Positions 1 to 8,681 of a stretch of 64,000 bases of DNA are shown piece by piece. Origin of the DNA: a virus; the IMG/VR virus record IMGVR_UViG_3300005663_000044, positions 6,833 to 70,832 of that record; one strand, written 5' to 3'. A model generated the notes under the pieces. That model had not been told where the DNA came from, did not search any database, and saw only the letters and a program-made list of their open reading frames with translations. Position 1 is the stretch's first letter. Every line of letters starts with the position of its first letter. Both the position numbers and the translations under genes were made by a program.

Positions 1-319
1 TGTAGCCCTTTGCTCGATACTTCAACACCTCTTTGGCCGTCCACAGAGCAGGGCCCTGGAGCTCAGCCCAGGTGTTGGTCATGAGGATGGTGTTGTTGCT
101 CATTTTACCCCCTCTTTATTCGCCGGAAGAGGATAACGTAGCGGTCTGCGGCCCCTCCTAGAGCCACAAACTCCCAGCCCTGTTCATCTTTCTGATTGCA
201 GACCTTCTCGATGTCCTGCACCTTCTTCGAGTCAAACGTGATGTATTCAAACATAAGTAGTACCTCCTTCCTCCTCTCTCTTGTTGGGGGGCATCCCTGC
301 CCCGTACCTTTGGGTATCC

Positions 320-751
320 CTAATCAATTAACAGCGGGAGACACTCATTGAGCGCGATGCTTTGGCCTACTTGCTCTGCCTCGGCGTCGCTGAGGGCCAC
401 AACCTCATCGACCGTCATCCGCAACATGGTAGCATCCGCTGCACAAGCTGCTACGTCATCGCCCAACCCGCTGTCGAGGAATGCCTCGTAGGCAATACTC
501 CACGTTTCCGCTGTCCAGCCGTTCTGGAACGGACAGGTGCCCGTGAGAAAACAGCCTTCGGCCTCAACCGGCTCCGGCACGGCTGCCGTCTGCCCCTGTT
601 CCTCAAGTGCTTCGAGGTAGGCGATCTCGTCGGCGGTAAACTCCGTCGCCTCCTCTATGGGCGTGCAGGCCACCGCGAACCCTGCGATGAGTAGGCCGAC
701 AACGCCCAGTATGATCTTCGTGTGTGTCTTCATGATGGTTTCTCCTCTCAA
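320..751 (-). CDS. putative lipoprotein (possible superinfection-exclusion or surface protein)
   Basis: Basic N-terminus, hydrophobic stretch and lipobox-like FAVA-C, then an acidic body. The real start may be the second Met (MKTHTK). Confidence 0.6.
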   Translation of the reverse strand: MRGETIMKTHTKIILGVVGLLIAGFAVACTPIEEATEFTADEIAYLEALEEQGQTAAVPEPVEAEGCFLTGTCPFQNGWTAETWSIAYEAFLDSGLGDDVAACAADATMLRMTVDEVVALSDAEAEQVGQSIALNECLPLLID

Positions 752-843
752 TGGGGGCCGTCCCGCCGCTCGCTGGTGTATGCCGTCCTTAGGCTCGGAA
801 GACCCTCCGGTCTACCGTCCCACTCATCTTATGCCTCCTGTTC

Positions 844-1080
844 TCAGCCTGCGTGAAAATCTATTAGAACAATCTCTTCAGTGCCGTCTGATGGTAGTAA
901 GGAGCAAGAACTGGATGTAGGACTAAGCCAGAAGGCCGCTCCTTCGTCCCCACAGTCAGCAGCCGCCATTTTTCGAGCTCGTGCGGCCGTGGCTGCTCGT
1001 ATTACGAATCCGTGGACACAATCATACTCATAATTCGGGCTGTCCCGCTCCGGGATAAGATACCATAATTGATTCTTCAA
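844..1080 (-). CDS. small phage hypothetical protein
   Basis: AGGAGG RBS before a TTG start. The YD...GFVIRA...AR..A and DFHAG pattern resembles small phage proteins. Confidence 0.6.
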   Translation of the reverse strand: MKNQLWYLIPERDSPNYEYDCVHGFVIRAATAARARKMAAADCGDEGAAFWLSPTSSSCSLLPSDGTEEIVLIDFHAG

Positions 1081-1268
1081 ATCTATGCCTCCTGTGTGTA
1101 TGTCAAGAGTCCGTCGATAGACAGTTCTTCAAACGCCGCCCGAATCGCAGTCTTGGATGTACTAAGCACGCGCGTGAGCTCCTCCATCACCAAGTTCTGC
1201 CCCTCGGGTTGCCCCATCAGATATGTATACAACTTGTAAGCGATAGGACTCATTCGTCTCGTCCCTCC

Positions 1269-1454
1269 TTAGGACACTAGGCTACGCATCGCCGCCTGGA
1301 GCACCAGCCCCAGAGCTACCACCGGCAGCACGAGTGCGTAGAACGCAATGACTCTTGCCCACAGACTCCGGTACGTTTGGCAGATTCCCCGGACGATAAG
1401 CTTCACGCAGAGACCCACGAGCAGGAACCATACGACAACGTAGGCGACTATCAT
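1269..1454 (-). CDS. small membrane protein (2 TM)
   Basis: Two hydrophobic helices; GAGGA upstream. Confidence 0.55.
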   Translation of the reverse strand: MIVAYVVVWFLLVGLCVKLIVRGICQTYRSLWARVIAFYALVLPVVALGLVLQAAMRSLVS

Positions 1455-1487
1455 TACGCGGCCACTTCCTCAGGCAGAGCAGACAGG

Positions 1488-1739
1488 TCACATCCCGCTA
1501 TCGCACCGACGTGCGCCGCGCGGGCCCCAGGGAGGGAGAGCGCGTCGTAGCTCATCCTCATCCTCTACTTCGGTTGCAACCCACTGGTCTTCGTCGTCGT
1601 CGGCTGCGGATTCCGTATCTTTGTCGACTACCTCCCCATCACCCGCCTGCACGGCTTCAAAGGCGTCCTCCTCATCTTCGGCCTCGACACGATAGGTGGT
1701 GATTAGTATCTCACGGTGAATGACATCATAAACTTTCAA
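1488..1739 (-). CDS. acidic hypothetical protein
   Basis: GGAGGAGG RBS; VEAEDEEDA motif typical of small early phage proteins. Confidence 0.55.
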   Translation of the reverse strand: MKVYDVIHREILITTYRVEAEDEEDAFEAVQAGDGEVVDKDTESAADDDEDQWVATEVEDEDELRRALPPWGPRGARRCDSGM

Positions 1740-2104
1740 TTGGTGCCTCCTCCTCTAGTATAACGCTTCCCCGTAGTGGTCGTTACTTCCTGATGGTGAT
1801 GACTGCTCGCCGGCGCCAGCATTTCCCGGGCCCCTTGGTGCAGAGCCACAAGCCACGCTTGGGGTAATAGCGACACACACGTTCAGTGAAGCAGCCCTCA
1901 CATCGGTGGAACTCTTCTTCACTGTCGTTCATTTGGTATTGGCCCCCTCCTCCTCAGCACTAGGTACCCATACCCATGCTTGAACGTAGGCCCCGGGATT
2001 GATATCGGGGTGGTCACCGCGAACGACATCGGCGTTGTCGTCAATCTCGACTTCGCCATCCTCTTGCCAGAGCTCTATTGCCTTTGCTTTGTATTCTTCA
2101 TTAG

Positions 2105-2560
2105 TCATTGGATTCCTCCTTCATAGGCCGTACACAATGAGCATGGCTTATTAAATGGGGGCTGATTCAACCCCGACTGGTTGTGGCAGGGGTAGATACT
2201 TGTCCAGGTACAGGCTACTACACCCTGTCTCTGTTTTGCACACCGCTCACAGTATGCCTTCTTCTCCTCCCTGTTCATAAACTCAGCCTCGCCCGGGCAT
2301 TCACGCATCGAGCATCCACCATGCCCTGCCTTCGACTTCGCTACAAAGGCAAGACGGTCGAAGACGACCACCTGTATTACTCGGCGTGGGGGGTCACTAT
2401 GCCCGTGACAGCGGAACAGATGATATGTCGGCGCCGTCTGACAGAAGCCCCCATATCTTACAATTGGGGGCCCATTGTGGTTATGAATGATATCCAGCGG
2501 CCGGTTATTGGTATGAGTCCAACCCCCTCGCTGTCGGGGGTTCTTAGTAGGCCAAGGCAT
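2105..2560 (-). CDS. hypothetical Cys-rich protein
   Basis: ORF with AGAGGA RBS and CxxC pairs in the C-terminal half; same strand as neighbours. Confidence 0.4.
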   Translation of the reverse strand: MPWPTKNPRQRGGWTHTNNRPLDIIHNHNGPPIVRYGGFCQTAPTYHLFRCHGHSDPPRRVIQVVVFDRLAFVAKSKAGHGGCSMRECPGEAEFMNREEKKAYCERCAKQRQGVVACTWTSIYPCHNQSGLNQPPFNKPCSLCTAYEGGIQ

Positions 2561-2623
2561 AGACTATTCCTCTTCCTTCTTTTCAATTTCCAGGACTTGT
2601 TCCCATCTTAGGGGTCTCCTGGG

Positions 2624-2839
2624 TTACGCTGGCAGTTCTAGGCGAGTGATACGTGCTCGTATTGCCTCTCGGTTGTGCCTCGCATCTATAAAGCCGTCTT
2701 CGGCCTGAGCTCGCACCTTGGCTATGTCCTTAGCCAATGCCGATACCTCCTGCTCCATCTTGCGGCGGTCGCGGTCGTGCTCGTAGCGTAGGTTCTCTAT
2801 TTCGGTGTCGATGTGGGTCTGACAATTAGTGCATTGCAT
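2624..2839 (-). CDS. hypothetical protein (CxxC plus coiled coil)
   Basis: AAGGAGG RBS; co-oriented early gene. Confidence 0.55.
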   Translation of the reverse strand: MQCTNCQTHIDTEIENLRYEHDRDRRKMEQEVSALAKDIAKVRAQAEDGFIDARHNREAIRARITRLELPA

Positions 2840-2863
2840 AGTATTTCCTCCTTACCCGCCGGG

Positions 2864-3058
2864 CTAGGCCATAATAATTTTGACCCTCTCCTCTGGTGTT
2901 ATCTTCTCACTACTGCAGACGACATCAGTGATTAGTTGTGTAGCGGTCGTCAGCTTCTCGATGAATGTGTGTTGTCTACCATGTTTGAGTGCTGACGCCG
3001 CGGATTGGAGTGCTTCTGCTGCTCGCTGCATCCGGTCAATGGTTCCTCCGGTCTTCAT
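2864..3058 (-). CDS. hypothetical protein
   Basis: GGAGGGG RBS; tightly packed with neighbours. Confidence 0.55.
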   Translation of the reverse strand: MKTGGTIDRMQRAAEALQSAASALKHGRQHTFIEKLTTATQLITDVVCSSEKITPEERVKIIMA

Positions 3059-3060
3059 GG

Positions 3061-3303
3061 TTACCCCTCCCCTGCGATTTCAATCTGATGAATGAAATCC
3101 TCGATATCAGCGCGAATGGTTTCAAGAGAGCGGATTATTTCGTCGCTTGATGTTGCACTAACCACCACAACCACATCGACACCGGCACCTTCGAGAGCTT
3201 CTGTGATGATAGCCTTGGTCAAGGGGTCAGCCCCAGACCCCGCTGGTAGGGCGGTGGCCCTGACCCAAAGGTTGTCTAGTTCTGCTCGTGTGAAATTCCT
3301 CAT
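3061..3303 (-). CDS. hypothetical protein
   Basis: AAGGAG RBS; tightly packed. Confidence 0.55.
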   Translation of the reverse strand: MRNFTRAELDNLWVRATALPAGSGADPLTKAIITEALEGAGVDVVVVVSATSSDEIIRSLETIRADIEDFIHQIEIAGEG

Positions 3304-3317
3304 GATTCTCGCTCCTT

Positions 3318-3683
3318 CTAGTACGCCCTAATAAAGTACGGTTCTCCGTTGAACGTCACTTCTGTGTAGTCGTGCTTTAGGTCATCGGCCCACCCATCCC
3401 AGTCAATGTAGTCGTCCAGCGGATTGTGACTATCCCGAGTTGTATAGCCCTTCTCGCCAGCGAGCTCCTGGGCGTAGTCTGTGAAACGATACTCGGGAAG
3501 CATTGTTGACTCGTTTTCCGCGTACTCGCTCAGTGTCTCGGTGGGAAGCTGGCCCTGTAGGTCAAGTAGCATTTCCAACCGCGCCGCGTCTTCTTCGCTC
3601 AGCGCGTCGGTATTTTTCATGTCCACCAGGTCGTATAGCTCTTGGGCCAGGTCTCTCAAGTCTAGGTAGTCCATAATTAACAC
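3318..3683 (-). CDS. ArdA-like acidic antirestriction (DNA-mimic) protein
   Basis: Very acidic. The C-terminal 'FTDYAQEL...PLDDYIDWDGWADDL...DY' resembles the ArdA C-terminal domain. Lies in the early region. Confidence 0.6.
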   Translation of the reverse strand: MLIMDYLDLRDLAQELYDLVDMKNTDALSEEDAARLEMLLDLQGQLPTETLSEYAENESTMLPEYRFTDYAQELAGEKGYTTRDSHNPLDDYIDWDGWADDLKHDYTEVTFNGEPYFIRAY

Positions 3684-4052
3684 CTCCTTCTAGTTCACAT
3701 AGTCCAAAATGATATGTCCCGTCAATATGATTAACGTTGCCGCTGTCCAGGCCAGGTCTTTCGGGTGTCGTGCTGTGAGCGCAACCGCGCGTACATCCAT
3801 GATGAGATGAGCAGCGAGGAACACACCGGCCAGCACGACGAGTCCACTAGCCCACGACATTAGTAGATGCCTCCGTCGATTGGCAACATACACAGGTCTG
3901 ACAAGGACAACACGGGCCGGCCAAACGAGACCGACTACCCGGGATATGTCCACAGTAGAAGCAACGCCCCGTCGATGGTGAGACCGAGAGTTGCTGGTAG
4001 CTGTCCGGTGGCTCCATGTGGATGCCTGTCACTTTGTTCTCGACAAAGTGCA

Positions 4053-4253
4053 TCATAGGGGTCTCATTCGCTCAAGAACAGCCGTACCGTTGCCAAAATC
4101 TGAGAGTGTTTCGAGAGCGTTCTCAAACTCCTCATCAGTAAAGTTCTCCACTTCCCTGTAAATCTTGTACACTTCTCGTCCGGAGAAGTCGGCTAATACA
4201 CGGGTGATAAACCGTGCTGCCTCCTCCACCTCTCGTATCTGGTCACTCATCAT
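4053..4253 (-). CDS. hypothetical protein
   Basis: AAAGGTG RBS; acidic helical ORF. Confidence 0.5.
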   Translation of the reverse strand: MMSDQIREVEEAARFITRVLADFSGREVYKIYREVENFTDEEFENALETLSDFGNGTAVLERMRPL

Positions 4254-4266
4254 GGCTTACACCTTT

Positions 4267-4620
4267 CTACTTGACGCCGAAGGCAGTCAGAATGTGCTCT
4301 CGTTCGAGTTCTCTGACGGCCTTATGGTATGTCTCTTTTCCTATCTGGCGGTTTCTGCAGCGGAGGTATAGAACCTTCCACTCCTCATCGAACCGCTCGA
4401 TTGTTCCAGTAACGCTCCCTATAAACCAGTCCAAATCGAGCTTGGCCCGTTGTGCCTTTATCACATTGGCCCGCGTCACTTCGGCCCCATTGGGGAAGAC
4501 CCGAGTGAATTGCTCAACCTCCTCTTCGCAAGCCTTCTTGTTCCTTAGGTATTGAGCAGTGATTTTCTTTGGTAGTCGCATGTGCTTCTCCTTTCTAGGC
4601 TGCACCTCAATGCACCCCAA
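4267..4620 (-). CDS. hypothetical phage protein
   Basis: 'ITAQYLRNKKACEEEVEQFTRVFPNG' resembles a common phage N-terminal motif. The likely start is MRLPKK. Confidence 0.55.
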   Translation of the reverse strand: MGCIEVQPRKEKHMRLPKKITAQYLRNKKACEEEVEQFTRVFPNGAEVTRANVIKAQRAKLDLDWFIGSVTGTIERFDEEWKVLYLRCRNRQIGKETYHKAVRELEREHILTAFGVK

Positions 4621-4640
4621 TGGTACTGTTTTTGTAGTTT

Positions 4641-4961
4641 TTATTCCTCCATTAGAAACGATTCAAGGAAGGCGTCCAAGTGCCATTCCTGTACACAGGC
4701 CCACACTGGCGCCCACGACCCGCCCTTGTAGAGCATCCCTTCTGGTAGGGTGATGGCGTCGTCCCATCCCCACTCTCCTTGAGTCTCAATGATGTGCTTG
4801 GCTATCGGTAATACCTCATTGGGGAGGGGTGGGTAATGGTTGGTCTGCAAGTGGTAGGAGAGAGCGCGGTCTAGTGAGACGCTGCCATCCGCTACCGCTT
4901 CAGCCATGCCTACTGCTTGTGTGTTACCCATTGTCGGATTCCTCCCGTACCTTCCGCGCAT
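4641..4961 (-). CDS. hypothetical phage protein
   Basis: 'ALSYHLQTNHYPP...ITLPEG...HLDAFL' pattern. The likely start is MGNTQAV. Confidence 0.6.
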   Translation of the reverse strand: MRGRYGRNPTMGNTQAVGMAEAVADGSVSLDRALSYHLQTNHYPPLPNEVLPIAKHIIETQGEWGWDDAITLPEGMLYKGGSWAPVWACVQEWHLDAFLESFLMEE

Positions 4962-5074
4962 ACAGATACTCCGCTACACGAGCGGTCTCGTCTGCATCGA
5001 GGAGTGAAGCAAAGTCACTAATCCGCCATGAAATCCGCTCTAGGATGTTCGCGGCGAGCCGCCTTGTTTGTGTG

Positions 5075-5338
5075 TTACCCATCCTTGTATTCCTCCAGTC
5101 CGAGCTCTGCGGGTGTACAGCCGACAAGGAAATGCAGACCTCTATTATCACATTTGGCCCATGTCCCTTTCAATCCAAAGCGGTGGGCTGTCTCTTCGTC
5201 GTCGCCACCCATATCCATTTGGTCGCACCGTTCGACAAACCGCGCCCCTTTCGGTAGTACCAATCCATCGAAACACGACGGCTGTGCTGGGTCGTGAATA
5301 CCCCGACAGGGGTGGTCTGCTGCTTCGTTCTGGTTCAT
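5075..5338 (-). CDS. hypothetical protein
   Basis: AGGAGGAG RBS. Confidence 0.5.
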   Translation of the reverse strand: MNQNEAADHPCRGIHDPAQPSCFDGLVLPKGARFVERCDQMDMGGDDEETAHRFGLKGTWAKCDNRGLHFLVGCTPAELGLEEYKDG

Positions 5339-5348
5339 TTCACTCCTC

Positions 5349-5660
5349 CTAGGGCTCGTAATCTTCGAGCAAGGACTTGGCTATCTCGTACCAGTTCACA
5401 GAGCCGAGTGCGGTCATAAGCAGGTCGCCGGCAAATCCCTCAAGGTCTGGTACAGCCTCTTCGTGCTCATCCTTGAGCGCAGTGGCCAGATTGTGGACGG
5501 CCATACGTTCGCTTGTGGTGTACTGGTCTCCTTTGGCGTCCTTGGCTATCTCCTCCGTGCGTTCTTTCCAGTAGTTGTAAGACGGTTCCTCGTTGTCCAT
5601 CCAGAGCTTCACTGCCCAGGTTTCGTAGTTTGTCCAACCTTCGTATTTTACCTCTGCCAT
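5349..5660 (-). CDS. acidic early phage protein with YxGWxNYETW motif
   Basis: 'YEGWTNYETWAVKLWMDNEE...LGSVNWYEIA' is a widespread phage family signature; strong RBS. Confidence 0.7.
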   Translation of the reverse strand: MAEVKYEGWTNYETWAVKLWMDNEEPSYNYWKERTEEIAKDAKGDQYTTSERMAVHNLATALKDEHEEAVPDLEGFAGDLLMTALGSVNWYEIAKSLLEDYEP

Positions 5661-5671
5661 TGTGTCTCCTC

Positions 5672-5875
5672 CTAGCTGCGACGGTAAGCGTTCAGCCCAA
5701 TCGTCAGCCCGTCAACACCAGGCACTTGCAGGTTGCCCCGTGTGGTTGCTACGATGGTGCTCTTACCGGATGTTGAACGTCCGTGCTCCTCGCTGGTGTC
5801 TATGGTCAGTACCAGCTTCTTGTCCTTGACTGTCACTTCGATGTTTGTTCCAAGTAGCGTTGCCATTTGTCTCAC
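5672..5875 (-). CDS. conserved small beta-rich hypothetical protein
   Basis: 'LTID...GRSTSGKSTIVATTRGN...IGLNAY' conserved motif; GAGGAGGTG RBS. Confidence 0.7.
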   Translation of the reverse strand: MRQMATLLGTNIEVTVKDKKLVLTIDTSEEHGRSTSGKSTIVATTRGNLQVPGVDGLTIGLNAYRRS

Positions 5876-5880
5876 CTCCT

Positions 5881-5920
5881 CTCTACTAGTAGTATCGACC
5901 TATTCCGTAGAATCTGAACC
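5881..5920 (-). promoter_or_regulatory. bipartite repeated promoter-like motif, copy 1
   Basis: Minus strand GGTTC-N15-GGTCGATACTACTAGTAGAG. The last 20 nt and the spacing are identical to copy 2 at 9594-9633; lies directly before an RBS. Confidence 0.6.
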
Positions 5921-5921
5921 T

Positions 5922-6167
5922 CTAGCCCTCGCGTTCCTCGCTGTTGAGTTTGGCCTCTACCTCTAGCTCTTTCTCCTCCCCCGCCCGTTCCGCCCGATGA
6001 CGGACTCGCAGGCGTAGTGTACAATGGCCGTAGTCACACTGTCGGCCGGCCCGCATGTTATGAATGGCGGCACCGTGCCGGTCGCAGAATACCCCCTCTT
6101 TCTCAGAGTAGGTAGCTACATCCGTACATACGGTTTTACCTAGGCTACATTCTCGTTTTGGGGTCAT
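5922..6167 (-). CDS. hypothetical Cys/His protein
   Basis: GGAGG upstream; CDRH motif. Confidence 0.45.
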   Translation of the reverse strand: MTPKRECSLGKTVCTDVATYSEKEGVFCDRHGAAIHNMRAGRQCDYGHCTLRLRVRHRAERAGEEKELEVEAKLNSEEREG

Positions 6168-6170
6168 TCC

Positions 6171-6305
6171 TATTCCTCCTTTGGTCGTAGCACCAGTGAC
6201 ACTGCCCAGAGACTAATGACTGTGAACAGCATGATGCCTGCGGGTGCATCGAGCACTGCAAAGACGATGGCTACGAAAAACACTGCGTGTAACAGAATCG
6301 GCATG
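6171..6305 (-). CDS. 44-aa membrane peptide
   Basis: Read manually: MPILLHAVFFVAIVFAVLDAPAGIMLFTVISLWAVSLVLRPKEE, with GGAGGAG RBS. Confidence 0.5.
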
Positions 6306-6489
6306 GTCTACTCCTCCGTCACTAGCGGGCTGGGCTTAGGGTAAGGGGTCATGGAAACATCTCCTTATCCCCATTAAGTGCAACAAAGCCACATTGATGA
6401 CATTGAATCTTGTCGTGCCGAATACGAATGAAGTCGCTTTTTCTACAGGGATGCTTCACGGCTCTGTTCCTCTAAGCGTTCGTTTTCCA

Positions 6490-6684
6490 TCATTTGGCGT
6501 CCTCCTCAGAGTCTACTGCCCTAAAGAGGTCAATATCCTCCAACTGGCCCGGGCAGATAGGGCCTTGCTCTATCCTGGCGCTATCCGTCCTAGCTACTAA
6601 GAATAGGACGTGCTTGAATTCTGGTTCCCAACAGAGGGCACATATGAGATTTCTGTGAAGAGTGTGACAGACACGTTCGTGCAT
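6490..6684 (-). CDS. hypothetical protein (MHERVCH...)
   Basis: AAAGGAAAGGA RBS before ATG 6684. The longer ORF-track start runs through the tRNA-like element. Confidence 0.5.
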   Translation of the reverse strand: MHERVCHTLHRNLICALCWEPEFKHVLFLVARTDSARIEQGPICPGQLEDIDLFRAVDSEEDAK

Positions 6685-6705
6685 GTTCCTTTCCTTTCTA
6701 GTATG

Positions 6706-6778
6706 TGGTGGAGGCGGTCGGAGTCGAACCGACGTGAGTAGCCCGCTGGATACCACGGCTACCCTGAACGGCGCCCCC
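6706..6778 (-). ncRNA. 73-nt tmRNA tRNA-like-domain mimic (Ala identity, no anticodon, no tag ORF)
   Basis: Acceptor stem GGGGGCG/CGCCTCC with G3:U70, discriminator A and encoded CCA. T-arm GTCGG-TTCGACT-CCGAC. No D-stem; one long helix GGGTAGCC/GGCTACTC replaces the anticodon arm. Confidence 0.8.
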
Positions 6779-6783
6779 ATTCT

Positions 6784-7467
6784 CTACTTTTCTCTTAGAG
6801 CCGTGTGTGGCTCAACATGGCCGCGTTGGGCATCCCATAGGCACCATTGAACGGCGAACGGCGGCGCGTCGAACCCCTTAGCCAACGCTAGCAATTCATT
6901 CTCGCACCGTTCATAGTCTACTCGTTTGATATCCTTCGGTGCAAAGCCCAGCAGCAGCCGTGCCATATGCCGGTCGATGCACAGTACCTCACTCTCCAAC
7001 GGATTAGCGAGACATACAGCGAATGATGCTTTTGTCCTAGCCAATCCGCGGATGGTCATAAGCCTATCCCGCCAGCCAATGGAGCCATCCCCGTTAGGCA
7101 TAAATGGGTAGGCATCACGCTTCCAATCCGTTTGGAAGTCCAACAGAAAGCGGGCCTTTTGGCCGGCGAATTGTACCACACTGCCACCGGCCTTTACCCG
7201 AGCGAGCCAATCGGTCAACGTTCGCCAGCGTACGGGCAAGCGCCCGTTGTTGTGTAGCCGTTGGTAGGCTAACTCATTCGCCTCAAAAGCGGTATGCACA
7301 CTGAGGATAGCGAATACGATGCGCCAGAACACCACATCCTCTGTAATAGGGTTCGCCATATCCTCAACATACCCCCGATACTTAGCAAGTGTTCGGTCGA
7401 GGGCTTCCGGTATTGAATCGCGTCCTTGCAGTTTGACGGCGCCCTCAAATCCTAGTTGTAGGGCCAT
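6784..7467 (-). CDS. HhH-GPD DNA glycosylase, OGG2 (8-oxoguanine glycosylase)-like
   Basis: 'FWRIVFAILS', HhH 'LMTIRGLARTKASF' with the Lys, 'CIDRHMAR' with the Asp, 'YERCE' and a C-terminal 'WCLW' parallel the OGG2 family. Confidence 0.7.
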   Translation of the reverse strand: MALQLGFEGAVKLQGRDSIPEALDRTLAKYRGYVEDMANPITEDVVFWRIVFAILSVHTAFEANELAYQRLHNNGRLPVRWRTLTDWLARVKAGGSVVQFAGQKARFLLDFQTDWKRDAYPFMPNGDGSIGWRDRLMTIRGLARTKASFAVCLANPLESEVLCIDRHMARLLLGFAPKDIKRVDYERCENELLALAKGFDAPPFAVQWCLWDAQRGHVEPHTALREK

Positions 7468-7477
7468 ATGTCACTCC

Positions 7478-7831
7478 TTACTGTATTGGCTGTCCCTCTA
7501 GTTTTGTCACGCTAAGGTATACGGCCCGCTGGCCTAGCCGTCGTGCAACCTCTTGGCGCAATAGGTACGGGTGAAAATCGGCTTTGGTGCTATCTATGGC
7601 TATTGTGTACACCCTCACCGATTCAAACTCTACATGAGTACCGCTATCCCAAGCGCCGCGCCCTTCAGTGACGGTGAAGCCACCGAACGCTTTGACCAAA
7701 TTTACCTCTAGCGCCCGCAGTTGTGCCTGATATTCTTTTTCGGTGATGTACTGAAGTTGGCCCTTCCCTTTGAACGGGCTGTACTGGTCTGGATGTGTGG
7801 GTATGACAAGTCGTGCTTCTACCCATCCCAT
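7478..7831 (-). CDS. PII-like fold protein (DUF3574 / SAM-lyase-like)
   Basis: 'FGGFTVTEGRGAW...EFESVRVY...LGQRAVYL' pattern. Confidence 0.5.
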   Translation of the reverse strand: MGWVEARLVIPTHPDQYSPFKGKGQLQYITEKEYQAQLRALEVNLVKAFGGFTVTEGRGAWDSGTHVEFESVRVYTIAIDSTKADFHPYLLRQEVARRLGQRAVYLSVTKLEGQPIQ

Positions 7832-7854
7832 GTGCTATTCCTCCTTGCAGTATT

Positions 7855-8253
7855 CTAGTCAAACTCTGGTAGTGTGTCCCCGTTGTTACCTACCATACAT
7901 TCGGAGCATACCCAGAGCCCGTCAAATGGACTACCAGAATCGTCTACAAATACCCCATCTGGTAGACAATCCAACGATTTACCGTCATCGTCGTACTCTG
8001 CCACGGTCTGACAACGTGAGCATATTATCGTGTGTGTGTAGTACATTTTGTCAATACTCCTCCCGAGGGCAAAGGGGACTATATCACCGCCTCTTAGTAG
8101 GCGTCCATTTCCTAGTAGGTGGTGGTGTTCATCTGTAAGTGTCGTGTTGATAAACAGCGCCGCACCTTCCGCACTAGCAAAGTGCGTCAACACCCAATAA
8201 CATGAATACCCCTTTGGCTTGCGAAATCTATCGTAAATCCTGCGAAGTTGCAT
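7855..8253 (-). CDS. hypothetical Zn-ribbon protein
   Basis: CSRC and CSEC pairs. Confidence 0.45.
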   Translation of the reverse strand: MQLRRIYDRFRKPKGYSCYWVLTHFASAEGAALFINTTLTDEHHHLLGNGRLLRGGDIVPFALGRSIDKMYYTHTIICSRCQTVAEYDDDGKSLDCLPDGVFVDDSGSPFDGLWVCSECMVGNNGDTLPEFD

Positions 8254-8310
8254 TGTTTGTTACCTTCTCACATTACAGGTTCATCGTTTAGGACGGCTTG
8301 TAGTATCTGT

Positions 8311-8637
8311 TCATCGGTAGCGAACGGTGCCCGTATTGTTACGCCCCCTGTAATCGTCTCGCTCAAATTGTCCAGGACTCAGCACTAGTTCGTCGTCCCA
8401 TACTTCGCACTCATATCCGTTGGCGAAGCGGATGCGATACATAGTAGGCGTCGGCCCGTCATGGTGACCGTGTTGCGTCCTGGCTAGTACCTCTATTGAC
8501 TGGTGTGTGTGGTGCCACAATTCGGCGTCGGCAGAATCTTCACCCTCGTAACAGTGGTACTCAAATAGCCTTCGGCCTCTTGCTAGTCTACCGTCATCTT
8601 TCATGGGTTGCCTCCCCGTTAGGCTCCTAGATTGCAA
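8311..8637 (-). CDS. conserved phage hypothetical protein
   Basis: 'FEYHCYEGEDSADAELWHHTHQ...YRIRFANG...DDEL'. The likely start is MKDDG after GGGGAGG. Confidence 0.65.
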   Translation of the reverse strand: MQSRSLTGRQPMKDDGRLARGRRLFEYHCYEGEDSADAELWHHTHQSIEVLARTQHGHHDGPTPTMYRIRFANGYECEVWDDELVLSPGQFERDDYRGRNNTGTVRYR

Positions 8638-8681
8638 AATGGTGCGTGGGCTACCTCTCGCGTAGGCTAGGCAATTATCTC

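Noticed and set aside
1756-1790. ECF-like promoter GTAAC-N16-CGTT (similar at 9801-9826)
   Set aside because: Short motif with unequal spacers, and the second copy abuts stem C; insufficient support.
6706-6778. Canonical tRNA-Ala
   Set aside because: No D-stem and no 7-nt anticodon loop.
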